DNA of 64,000 nucleotides from Utricularia gibba (taxonomy: Eukaryota > Plantae > Magnoliophyta): the NCBI GenBank assembly GCA_002189035.1, contig NEEC01000018.1:1736001-1800000 (forward strand). The letters are read 5' to 3'. The position numbers and the translations under genes are program-made. Positions within the stretch are counted from its first letter, which is position 1, and every line of letters starts with the position of its first letter. This document shows positions 11,753-24,166 of the stretch, one piece after another. Below the pieces are notes generated by a model. It did not search any database and was not told where the DNA came from. It saw only the letters and a program-made list of their open reading frames with translations.

Positions 11753-14513
11753 TCAAGCAAAATCAACGATCTTTTGTTTGGTTTCAACCTTCAGAGTCTG
11801 AATAGAAAGAAGATGTTGAATATCATCGGATAGAAGAATGTAATGGCCAATGGGAAGAATCAAGTCACCATTCCTGTCTGCAAAGCTCAGATGCTCACAT
11901 GGATCAACCATGAACACAGCTGTTGCTGTCTCCCCAGAAGCAATGTGAAGTTGTTGGAATCCGATCAGTGCTCTTCTAGGCGAACTGTTGAGAACCTCTG
12001 GAGGTTTGGAGAAAAGAAGAACAGCATGGCTTCCATCCATGTCTCCCTCATTTGTCACAGAAATAGCAACTTGGTATCTCAATGAATTGCAGTCTGCTAC
12101 TTCAAAGACTTTGATATAATCCTCTCTGTTCGCTGTTTGGTGAAGATTGATTGTCTGTTGAATGGTTAGTTCTCTTGGTGCTGATATAAGCTTGTACCTG
12201 AACTTTGTGTAGCTCAGCCCTTCTCCATACTGAAACACTGTCTCTCCAGTGTAGAATCGATGAGTCCTTCCCGGATACTCAAGAGAAGGATCTGGCCTCA
12301 TATTCATGTTGTTCATCGGAACAGATGTGAATGACTCTGGGTACCAAGTCATTGGCAGTCTTCCACCTGCAGTTCGAAGTTTTATGTATTGATCATGGCT
12401 GTGAAGGCAAATGACAGTGAGCATTTTCTGTGATGTGAAGACTTACAAGGATTGTAGTGTCCGAAGACAATTTCTGCAAGCGCCTTGCCGCCGGATTCTC
12501 CAGGATAACCGATCCAAAGGATGCTACCAATGCGGGAATCACTCTTAGCAAATGAGACATCGATTGGCCCTCCACCGGTAAGCACTATAACAAGTGGTTT
12601 CTGGCTCACTGCAGCGATCCTAGTGATCAGTTCTTCCTGATAACCGGGTAGCAGAAGACTATATCTATCGAGATCCTCTGTTTCTTGGGTAAGATCCAAG
12701 CCAGCTACAACGACAACATACTCTGCATGCTTTGCAGCTGAAACAGCTTCTGCAAAGCCAACAGTCGAGTTGCAGCCAATGTCCTGGCAGCCAGGTGCAT
12801 ATTGGACATTGCTTATATGGTTTTGAAAACCCTCAAGAAAGCTCGTAGCCTGGCATGGAATTCCTATACAGCATCAAAATTTAGAATCCTCTTCTCGGCA
12901 AAAGGAGAAGATGAAGATGAAACTGAAGCAGCAGAAATCTGAACCTGCATATCCACCGCCAAGCACGGTTGAATTTGCCATCGGCCCGATAACGGCAAGG
13001 GATGCAATGTGATCAGCTTGCAGAGGTAGGAAGTTATGATCATTTTTTAGGAGAACAGTGCCCTGCCTTGTTGCTTCAAGTGCCAGTGTTCTATGCTCTG
13101 GAGTGCATATATCTTTCAGTCCCAGATTTCTGAACTGATTCCTCGAAGACTGTCCATCAAAAAGTCCAAGCCGTATCTGAACAGAGAACAGATTGAGAAG
13201 AGCCTTATCTATATCAGCCTCCAACACCTTCCCCTGCTCAAATGCAGATTTCATATGCCTCAACATGTAAGTACCACATGTTATATCGGTTCCTGCATCA
13301 GTTCAGAATCAGTATACAGATAGGAAGCTTGAATTGATGCTCGAGATCACAATTTGAGTCTTATAAAACCTGCTTTAAGGGCAACAGAGACAGCATCCTC
13401 AGGGGTTGCTACATATTTCTGGTTCTCGAATATCGTAGCAGACGCATCGCAGTCCGAGGTGATGTATCTGGTGGCACAAGATGTTGGACTTAGTCCTTAT
13501 GATCGATCATCACATTTGGTTATGATGGATGGACAAGCATATTCAAAAAGATCACCCTCTCAAATTCCAGTCTGTCCTCGCCTTCCGCAAAAGCTTCTCA
13601 TTCGCACACATTGGTACCCCATTGACTGAGTTGTAAGAACACATCAAGCAACTAGCTTCACCCTTCTGTATGCAGTTCTGAAAGGGAGGCTGGTATGTGT
13701 CTGCCATATCCTGAGGAGTAACCTGAAATCGGAGCAAATGGGATCTATTAAAGGAAGTGTGAGCAAAGTAACTCTGTGTGGCACAAGGAAGGTTACAATG
13801 GAATTGAAGTTGTATCTGTTGAACTGCCCCCATTTCTCCAGATCATAAGCTGTGAAATGCTTGCAACAGGCAGACAACTTCAGTTGCCCATCGCCCCTGC
13901 CATCTAAATCCTGGATACCTCTGACATACTCCACTGCAAAAGCAGAAGTGACCATGGGATCTTCACCTGGAGTCTCCTGGCCTCTTCCCCATCTGGGATC
14001 CCTAAAGATATTGATATTCGGTGCGAAAAAAGTCAACCCAGCTTGACCCACATTGTACATCGCCATAGCCTCCACCGCGATAGCAGACGCCACCGCCCTC
14101 CACAGGCCGCGATTGAAAGAGGCGGCGGTGAGAATCACTTGGGGGAAGACGGTGGCGGATTTCACGAGGCCATCAAACGTCACCCCCGGGCCATTCCCGG
14201 CGAGTCCGTGGAGCGACTCCGACCACCACTCGTACGCGGGGATCCCGAGCCTGGGAACCGCGGAGGCGTTGTTGCATAGCTGCTGGATTTTCTCGTCGAG
14301 TGTGAGGAGAGCGACGAGGGATCCAGCTCTTTGTTCCAACTCCAAAGAAACGTTGCAGAAGGCGTAGCCCTTATGGGGATTGTCGGTACACGGTAGCGGC
14401 CTGGCGGAGCTCAATCTCCGGCCCGGGCTTCCATGGCAGCCGTCGCAGGCAAAGTGGATGATCAGTAAGCCCAGGAAGGAGAGGAAGAAGAGGAAGTGTG
14501 AGTGAGTCGCCAT
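11753..14513 (-). CDS. BXL6: Beta-D-xylosidase (GH3), BXL6-like; 6 exons (approx. 14513-13797, 13722-13556, 13467-13370, 13292-12945, 12863-12447, 12366-11753)
   Basis: Signal peptide, [71 protein letters not shown] and a Fn3-like C-terminus; GT-AG joins are consistent. Confidence 0.93.
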
Positions 14514-15999
14514 TGAAGCCACTCACCCCCAATCTCCCCTCGTCTCCCGAGCCCGCAGGCAAATAATGCATTCCCATCCATTTTGGGCCCGAAGAGCTGG
14601 TCCCAAAAGCAACGCAGACCTAGTGATCTCGCCATGCCTCAGGCCTGGTCCCAAATTGAATAATTAAAAATACTAAAGTTTGTTTATTTCAGTTTCTATT
14701 TCAAATTAATTATTTTTGAAATGATTTTTATTGAAAACATAATTTTTTTAAAACAGAAACATTGAATTTTGAAACAGTTTCATATCCGCTTTTATCAATT
14801 TTTGAACCATTTTTTTTAAAACATTTTTAATGAAACGAAAATAATCAGAATTTGAGCGTCCACCGTGTGGGCCCCTGCTTAACAAGATGGGATGGGAGCA
14901 AGGTTGGTTTTCTTCCCCTTATTCGGCGAGAAACCGCTGGCCCAATCGGAAGGTAAGAAAGAGGAAAAGAGAGCGTGTCTCCACGAGACGCCGCCCTCGT
15001 GCAGAACCGGCTAGAGTGGGGCCCAGGGGCACGTGACGGTCACATGGCGGTGAGGTTAAACGTGGCCCACATCCCCCGAGGAATCAGGGGCTGCTGCGTG
15101 GTGTCGTGGCGTTGGCCGACGCCGGTCAAACCGACTCTACTGGCTTATCCTTATCCACTCATTTATTTAAAATATTATACAATATAAAATTTAATTTTAT
15201 AGAAATTTACTGAACAACAGCTCATTCATATTTTTTTAAATTATAAATTTTTTAAACAGACTAATTAATTTACAATTTTTTATATTTAAAAATCTATAAA
15301 TTTAGTTAAACCCCTTTTATTTTTTGGAAAACGTTTCATAAACATCTTTATTATCAGATACAATGAATTTTATTTTAAAGAGAATATAAATATAAAAATA
15401 ATTTTTATTTTTAATAATTTAACTTGGCTTCAATTTTATTAAAAGTACATCTTAAAGTATTTTTTCAAAAAAAAGACCTAAATAGAGATATATATATATT
15501 ATATAATGCACCTGGACACACCCTCTTTGGGGAATTTCAATTTTCATGTACCTAGGAAACACCTAATTTCCCAATTTTTTCAAATTTGGAAAAAAAAATT
15601 GAATTTCAGATGTGATCCATATATTTAAAAATATTTTGGATTCCCAAAAAAGAAGAAATTCAAAATTTTCTGAAATTTTAAAGCATTGATTCCACTTGAT
15701 CTTACTCCAACAATTAATATTAATCCCATAAAATCACAGTAATTCAATAGGGAAATCCATTTTGATACATAATTCCAAACACATATTAAGGAGAATAAAA
15801 CAGAATAAATATGTAATTTTGTACGAGATTTTTTTTAAGATATAATGAATAACATTGTATAAAAATAAATATATCTTAATAAAATTGATTGTTAAATATT
15901 ATTTATTTAAAACAAATACACAACATAGCTTTAATACAATATAATTTTTTATAAAGATGTTGGCTGTTTCTTTGGTAGATTTAGAATGTTTCTTAAAAA

Positions 16000-16460
16000 A
16001 GAGAGTAAATAATTACAATTATTTTTATTATATTAAATATGGTATACAAAAAAATAAAATTATTTAACAAAGAAATATAAAAGTAGTGTCATTATACCAA
16101 TATTTAATAAATATAACTATTCTTTAAATAAAAAATAAGCTATTTCACTAATTTACTAGTAAATGATGAGAATTATGTTTATTGTGTTAAATATGGTATA
16201 CAAATATTTAACAAATAAATACATAAAATAGGCTTATCATACCAATATTTATCAAATAGGTATATGCTATAAATAAAAAAAAATTAGCTATTTCAGTAAT
16301 TTACTCATAAATGATGAGAATTATTTTTATTGTGCTAAATATGGTATATAAAAAATTAAATTTATTTAAAAAATATATTAATATTTACCAAATAGAGCTA
16401 GTCTGCAAATAAATTGGAGTATACTTAACTAATTTACTTGTAAATGGTGATAATTATTGA
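16000..16460. repeat. Degenerate AT-rich tandem repeat, ~3 units of ~135-155 bp
   Basis: aaatatggtata at 16035, 16189 and 16337; aaatgatgagaatta at 16161 and 16309, with a variant at 16442. Confidence 0.75.
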
Positions 16461-16516
16461 AAAAATAGTTGATTTAGAAAAAGAAAAAGGGAAAAAAGAA
16501 TGGGTATTCGTTTGTT

Positions 16517-16668
16517 TATCCACGTCTGCTCGGCATTATCCACCTCATTTTTATTACATATTTGTGAATTATCCAACGGGAAAAAGAAGGCGTCCTATCC
16601 GTGTTGTACTCTGCGCCTTTATGACTTGTACGCTCCGCCAGCCACGTTGAACTACTTGTGTTTATCCG
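16517..16668 (+). promoter_or_regulatory. Cluster of five TATCC(A/G) boxes upstream of the TPS transcript
   Basis: TATCCA at 16517, 16537 and 16570; TATCCG at 16596 and 16663. The cluster is immediately followed by CT microsatellites of the 5' leader. Confidence 0.55.
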
Positions 16669-16685
16669 TTCTTCCCGAATAAATA

Positions 16686-16760
16686 ATCTCTCTCTCTCTC
16701 TGCCCATAGAAAACCATTACCATTTTCGTCTCTTCTCTCTCTCTTTCTCTCTCTCTCTCT
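16686..16760 (+). repeat. (CT)n microsatellites in the TPS leader
   Basis: Two CT-dinucleotide tracts are directly visible. Confidence 0.8.
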
Positions 16761-17577
16761 AGCGCTGAGTCGATTTGCTTCTCGAGGTATCAGCTTTCAG
16801 ACGCCGAGTGGATTTACGATACCGCGTGGTTCGTTTTCTTCTTATTCTCAGTTTTTTTGTTTTTTTTCGTTGGTGATGATTTGTGGTTTGGGTCAAAGAA
16901 AGTCCTATTTTGTAGTTTTTTTTGGTGGCGGTATTTGTTTTGGTGGGGGAACTTGAAGCAGTTTACTTTTTTGGGGGTTTTTACTGTGGACTATGATATT
17001 CTAGGGATCTTGCTTCGCTGCGTGGGAAGACTGGATATTGATCTACTTGGTGGTGCTTTTTTATTTTATTTTAGTTTTTTTTTAAGAGATTAGTGTTTGT
17101 GCTCTTGGTTGCAAAAGCAAATTTGATGGTGTAGATTTCGTATTTTCCCATTGAAAATGGGCACTTTTTTCGTAGAAACCATTTTAAGTCAACACGTAAG
17201 TTTCTGTTGGCTAGAAGATCACGCTTATGCATCTCAGGCTTTCCTTCTTTATTATTATTATCTGTGTAGTCTTTGTACCAGTATTTTATCCTTTTTATGT
17301 TCCATTAATTTGCCTTGTTCTTTGTTTTTCTGTTTGTAAAAATGTTGAATCCTGTACGATGTTTAAGACAAAGCGGCACGTGGGAGGTGTGGAATAAGGC
17401 TACAGTACTGAATTATTGCATTGAATATTGAATCCGGACACAGCAGACTTCATTTTGTATATATGAAGTTGCTCTTTTTACCTTTTTGGCCGATATTTTA
17501 ATGTTCTCATTTCATGCATCTCCTTGATTGGCAGTGACCAGAAATTTTGCAGTGTCTTCAGTTGATTTGCTAATCCG

Positions 17578-20305
17578 ATGCCATCAAGTTCATGTGGTAA
17601 TTTGCTTAATCTGGGTTCTGGAGAAATCACTGATGTTCTCCAAACCCCTAGAGGCCTTCCAAGGGCATTGGCTCTTCATGGAATTATACCAGATTTTAAT
17701 GCCAGTGGTGGCATGGAGTCCCCGTCACCTGTTTGTCATGAGCGGAAAATAATAGTTGCAAACATGCTGCCTCTGCAGGCTCAGAGGGACAGTGGAACTA
17801 ATAGGTGGATCTTTAGTTGGGATGAGGACTCAATTTTGTTACATTTGAAGGATGGTTTTCCACCTGAAACTGAGGTCTTGTACATTGGTTCATTGAAAGT
17901 GGAAATAGAATCGAATGAGCAGGAAGAAGTTGCACAGACACTTCTTGAAGAGTTCAGATGTGTACCCACATTTCTTCCTCGTGACATCATGGAGAGTTTC
18001 TATTATGGTTTCTGTAAGCAGCAGCTTTGGCCTCTTTTTCATTACATGCTACCTATGTGCGTTGACCATGGAGATCGCTTCGATAAGCAACTGTGGCAGG
18101 CTTATGTATCTGCAAACAAAATTTTTGCTGATAAGATTATAGAAGTTGTTAATCCGGATGACGATTTCATTTGGATTCATGATTACCATCTGATGGTACT
18201 CCCTACATTTCTCAGGAAGCGACATTATCGAAGCAAGCTTGGTTTTTTTCTTCACAGTCCGTTTCCTTCATCAGAGATATATAGAACACTGCCTGTTAGA
18301 GATGAAATCCTGAGAGGGCTACTAAACTGTGATTTGGTAGGTTTTCACACCTTTGACTATGCACGTCACTTCTTATCTTGTTGTAGTCGAATGCTTGGCC
18401 TAAACTATGAATCTAAGAGAGGGCACATTGGTCTTGACTACTTCGGCCGAACGGTATATATCAAGATACTTCCAGCAGGCATTCATATGGGGAGGCTGGA
18501 GTCTGTTCTAAATATGTCTTCTACATCTGAAAAGATAGAAGAGTTGCGTCAAAAGTTCAACAACAAGATTCTACTTTTGGGAGTTGATGACATGGATATA
18601 TTTAAAGGTATAAGCCTCAAGTTTTTAGCATTTGAGCGTCTACTACAGCTGCATGAGAAGCTGCGAGGAAAGGCAGTGTTGGTTCAGATCGTCAACCCTG
18701 CTAGAAGCTCAGGTAAAGACGTGCAGGAAGCAAGAAGAGAAACATACACAATCGCAAGGAAAATCAATGAGGTCCATGGTTCCCCTGATTACGAGCCCGT
18801 GGTTTTGATTGATAGACATGTCCCACGTGGTGAGAAGACTGCCTATTATGCTTTGGCTGATTGTTGCATAGTTAATGCTGTGAGGGATGGTATGAACTTG
18901 GTCCCTTATAAGTACATAGTTTGCAGGCAGGGGGCATCTCATGCAGTAGCTACTGCTGCTGCTAAGGGACAAGATTTTCCTAGAACTAGCATGCTTGTTG
19001 TGTCTGAATTCATTGGTTGCTCTCCATCTCTGAGCGGAGCAATAAGGGTGAATCCATGGGATATTGACTCCGTTGCAGAGGCGATGAACACTGCAATCAC
19101 AATGTCTGATGCTGAAAAAAGGCTGAGGCATGAAAAGCACTACCGGTATGTTAGTTCTCATAATGTAGCTTACTGGGCTCAAAGCTTCACAAGGGACTTG
19201 GAGAGAGCTTGCAAGGAGCACTACTACAAGCGCTATCGGGGCTATGGGTTCGGCCTGAAGTTTAGGGTCATCTCACTTTCTCCTAATTTTAGGAAGCTTT
19301 CTATCGACCATGTTGTGTCAACGTATAAAAAATCAGGCACACGAGCTATATTTCTTGATTATGATGGCACCATTGTACCTCAATCCTCACTCATTAGATC
19401 TCCCAGTCCTGAAGTGATTGATGCTCTGAATTCCCTCTGTGATGATCCTAAGAACACAGTGTTCATAATTAGTGGGAGAGGAAGGGATGCTCTCAGTGAC
19501 TGGCTCTCTCCATGTGAGAAACTTGGTCTGGCTGCTGAACATGGCTATTTCATGAAGTATGGCTCTGTCTCTATTCAGTTTCCGTTGTCTGTTCTTGATG
19601 TTCATACATAACAATACTGTGCTTCTACTTTTTTCAGGCTGAACAAACTCTCTGAATGGCAATCACTAGACCTTGATCTTGACTGGAAGGGAATAGTGGA
19701 GCCTATAATGAAGGTGTACGCTGAAACAACCGATGGATCCTCAATGGAAATCAAAGAAAGTGCATCCGTATGGCATTACCAGCACGCCGACCCGGACTTC
19801 GGTTCGTGCCAATCGAAGGAGCTGTTAGATCATCTGGAAACTGTTCTTGCTAATGAACCTGCAGTTGTATGCAGTGGACAACAGATTGTCGAAGTTAAGC
19901 CACAGGTATGCTCTAGTTGCTCGTACAGAAACCACTCTCCCAGAACTTCAATACTGAATCTCTGCTTGACAGGGGGTGACCAAAGGGACGGCTGTAGACA
20001 AAGTGCTCTCGTTGATGTCAACAAAAGGCGAGGCACCCAATTTCGTTATATGCATTGGGGACGACCGATCAGACGAAGATATGTTCGAGAGAATATCAAG
20101 CACCACTTCTTGTTCTTCTCTCCCTCCTTCTGCAGAGGTGTTTGCCTGCACGGTGGGCCAGAAACCAAGCAAGGCCAAGTGGTATCTGGATGATACTGCT
20201 GATGTAGTGAGGCTGCTGCAAGGCCTGGCCGACGCATCGAATCCAAAGTCGCCGGATGTGACCCATTTCAAGGCGGCGCTGGACAGTGTCTTCAAGAAAA
20301 TATAG
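17578..20305 (+). CDS. Class II trehalose-6-phosphate synthase/phosphatase (TPS8-11 type); exons 17578-19556, 19638-19905, 19973-20305
   Basis: IIVANMLP, FCKQQLWPLFHYMLP, WIHDYHLM, GFFLHSPFPSSEIYRTLP, SEFIGCSPSLSGAIRVNPW, IFLDYDGT, CIGDDRSDEDMF, VGQKPSKAKWYLDD. A probable 5'-UTR intron lies at approx. 16787-17533. Confidence 0.95.
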
Positions 20306-21736
20306 CGTAGAATGCGAGCTTTTTGGGGAGGGACACCTCTGTTTTGCCGACGCTGAAACAAGCGACAGTTCTTCGCAGAAAGCTGTAGTTTTTGAAATGT
20401 TGATGTTGCTGATGGATGGTTACCACGGTGGCCGGTGTTGTAATGTGATGTACAGTTCGATCTCGACTCCAAGAGCTTCATCTTTTCATTATGAAAGAGT
20501 GGTAAATCTGAACCAGACAACCCCAGTTCTTTCTGCTACCGGAATTTGATGCCGGAGATGTAGTTCTTACAAAAGAAGCTCAGGGCTCAATCTGCTAATC
20601 TCTTCTTCTGCCTTTGGCTTCTGGGATGCGAAGAAGACCATCTGATGCCTATAAATCAACAGAATTGCTGATCAAAAGCTCACACCATTTTCCTCTGTAC
20701 AAGAATCAAACCAGGAAGATCAGTGAACGTTTCCAATCATCCAAACAGAGCAGCTTCAACAAGATGCAGGCGTTTCCTCCTCATGGCCACCACTCCGACT
20801 TCGGTAGTAGCTACAAGGGCGATCGACTCCTCCGCCCTGAAAGCTGGTACGAGAAAAATGAGGAACATACACAATGGCTTCTCGAACTCGAAGACAACGG
20901 ATCGAATCTTCAGATGAATCAAAACAAACAGGCCGGCTCCTTGGAGGAATCCATCGAACCCACTCACTATCGCCATGTCCCGGCGATGCCCGCAAGCTTC
21001 GAGAGCTTCCACGATGCAAGCTTCTTCGACGTGCTCCGGTGGCAAGCTTCGCAGCTCCGTCATGGACGGCTCCCACCAAGCGAAACTGTGGACTCATGAT
21101 GGGAGATGAAGCAAGCTTGGGCGATGAATGGATCCATGGAATGAGGGGAGAGGGACTCCCAACTTGGAAGGTTCTCAAGCACCAGGAACAAGCATCATCT
21201 CTGCTTTTTCCTTGTCAGGGTAATGCATGGGAATAGATACTGACTTTAGGGTTCAGGATCCTCAATGCCCTTTCTTGTACAACTTTCCTTAGTTTCATGC
21301 ATGGGAACCATATTCCTACAAACTATCATCTCGTGGAAAATTCAAGTACGGAATCCTTCAACCGAATTTTCTTGTACAATAATCTATCCAAGAGAACAAA
21401 TTCCTCTCACTTTCCTTGATAGTCTTCATGCTTTGTATGATCTTTCTACAAATTATTAAGATTAAGAATTCGATAGATTAAACGAACACATATTTAAAAA
21501 ATAATTTATAATTTATCATATAAGTGAATATAATACAGTATTGTTATGCTTTAATATTGATTTTATTTGAAATAACTTTTATCTTTTAAAAAAATGTTCC
21601 AAAATAATTTTATTATCAAATATGAGCGGTTTATATTTCAAAAAATTGAAAAATTTTTAGAAATTGTAAACCAGAAACTCAAGCACTCACCGACTCACCC
21701 AAAAGGCTAAAACATGTGCATACTACAATTGAAGGA

Positions 21737-22184
21737 AGTCAAAGGACTAAAAAAGGAATTCTCTTGTTGTGTGGGGGCGAATCAGCGAAATCCAAGAATG
21801 TCGTCAAATTCATGGGGCCGAAAAAAGAATGTAATAGAAAAAATCAGGAAAAATATCTACCCGCCTTGACTTGACCCGACCCGAGATCTCCTCCAAACGA
21901 ATTCCAACTTTTCTTTTTACAGTCAAAATTTCTTTCCCAATTATTAAACCGGAAAACTTTCCTAATTACGATTAAAAAGATAATTACAGAAATCCGAGTG
22001 GTCAAAGATTATAATGACGGTTTTAATTTCGTGATTTGGAGCATAATCAGCAGATAAAAATCAACTAATTATTCAAACGTTTGACCGGGACATCATCATC
22101 TCGTTGCCCCCAACGGCTATAAGCATGGGGCGCCGACCCAGCCCGACAGCGAGAGCTGTAGCCGTGATACCGAGTCCATTGACC
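21737..22184 (+). promoter_or_regulatory. W-box (TTGACY) cluster upstream of PP2C
   Basis: Seven TTGACY/RGTCAA sites, at 21737, 21866, 21871, 21921, 22000, 22081 and 22179. Confidence 0.5.
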
Positions 22185-22238
22185 TGAACGCTTCTCTGTT
22201 TCACACTCGTGGGTGGGGGTCTTTTTGTGGCAACTTTC

Positions 22239-23718
22239 ATGGCTGGGAATGCAGAGTATTCTTGTGTTGGAAGGGAGGAAGTGCGTGGGATGGCGATTGT
22301 GAGGGATTTGGATTCGTTTTCGTTGAAGAGGAAGAGGCCGCCCAGGATCGAGATCCCTAATGTTTTTAGGGAAATCTCGTGCCCTAGTGTCGGGGAACCG
22401 AGTGTTTCGTGCCGCGTGGGTTCTGGGTTTGCGGTGTATTCGATGAAAGGGAAGAAGAGGTTCATGGAAGACGCGCATATGGTGTACTCTTGCCCGAATG
22501 ACGATAAGGTAGTGGCGAATCCTCCTCCTCCGTTTCCTCTATTACCGGATTCTTGACCCCTTTTTCGGTATTTGAAAAAGCAGGCGTTTTTTGGGGTGTA
22601 TGACGGACACGGAGGCAGGAAAGCTGCGGAGTTTGTGGCGGAAAATTTGCATCTCAGGATTCATGAAATGTTGGAACTTTCTCCTTCTAGTACGTCCAAG
22701 GAAGCAGCTGTTAGAGATGGGTACTTGAAAACCGACGAGGAATTCTTGAGACAGGTTACTTTAATCATGTGATGTGATTCTGCTCCACTTCCACTCACAA
22801 ACTTCGAGTTATAAGGTTAACATTCCTGGGCTTTGCAGGATTTGAGCGGTGGAGCCTGCTGCGTCACTGCATTGATCGATGGGAAGGCGATGGTAGTTTC
22901 TAACTTGGGAGATTGCAGAGCTGTTCTGTGCACAAGAGGTAAAGCAGAAGCTCTTACCTCTGATCATAGGCCAGCCCGAGAAGATGAACGAAGACGAATT
23001 GAAGATAAAGTAAGTGCATCACACTCCGGCCTTTGTTCAGTATTCGTAGGGATTTTGGATGGAAAAACAGCTTGAACACATAGCCTGTCTACATCTTCAT
23101 CTTATGACATTTTACTGAGAAGAAACTGCTCTGGAAATTTCCATACAGGGTGGTTTTGTGGAGATTCACGGCGGAACTTGGAGGATACAAGGGAGCCTTG
23201 CCGTTTCTCGGAGCATCGGAGACGCTCATCTGAAAGAATGGGTGGTGGCCGAGCCAGATTCTACGGTTATAAACATGACACCAGACATGGAATATCTGAT
23301 CTTGGCATCGGATGGCCTGTGGGACAAGGTCAGCAATCAAGATGCAGTAGATATCCTTACGCGTTCCTGCGCTTTCACCAACGTCCGACCCAAAGATTGC
23401 CATTTGACAAGATCACCGAGATCTTCGCTAGTGAAGTCGAAGAGGGTGCTCGTAGATGCAAACATAATGGATACCGACATCCTGCGTGAAACCGGAACTT
23501 CACCACAGGAGTCGATGAGAGTTTCAGCAATGAGGCAAATGCGGGTGATGAGTAACCATAGTATGAGTAAAGAGAATGAGCAAGTGGAAAACACTGGACA
23601 TGGTGATCAACTGTTGGTAGCATGTAGGGATCTTGCGGATGCTGCTGTAGAAAGAGGAACCTTGGATGATGTTACGGTAATGGTGGTGGATTTAAGCTAT
23701 TACAGTGCTCTGACGTGA
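22239..23718 (+). CDS. Protein phosphatase 2C (AP2C/clade B-like, PP2C14-like); exons approx. 22239-22508, 22584-22754, 22839-23009, 23149-23718
   Basis: Kinase-interaction motif KRKRPPRIEIP, KGKKRFMED, FFGVYDGHGG, SNLGDCRAVL, LAVSRSIGD, LILASDGLWD, DDVTVMVVDL. The start may instead be the ATG at 22290. Confidence 0.92.
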
Positions 23719-24166
23719 CAAGACAATTCTTTTATTCTTTAAGGATTTAGATAGTGTCTGATCTGATCTCAGGCAGCAGCAGTTTAGAATTTGATTCTTT
23801 GGATGTCTTCATTTTCTCTCTTATAACTCTTATTATACACTTGAAAACTGGGATCAAAAGACAAACTATGGGGCATGTTCATGCTAAACCCAACCGTTAA
23901 ACAAAGAACAGGAGATTGGATGCGGTCTACTTTCCCTATACAAAGTAGAATTGGCAGTGACACAGCCAGGTTCTCTGGTAATGAGAGTGTACATCATCTA
24001 TATACATATCAGCTATCTGGGAAGTGTTCATCTATCGTGAGAGAAATGATACAAGAGAAGCAGAAAATGCAGCAGGCTCATCTACCTGCGAATCATGACA
24101 TATGGGATGTGCCCCTTCTCATGTTTTTGGGATTCCGGGGAGCTTCCTCCATGTTGAAGAGGCTGC

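Noticed and set aside
16161-16460. ATGATGA (C-box-like) motifs as a snoRNA cluster
   Set aside because: No CTGA D boxes or terminal stems at suitable distance; the motifs are simply part of the AT-rich tandem repeat.
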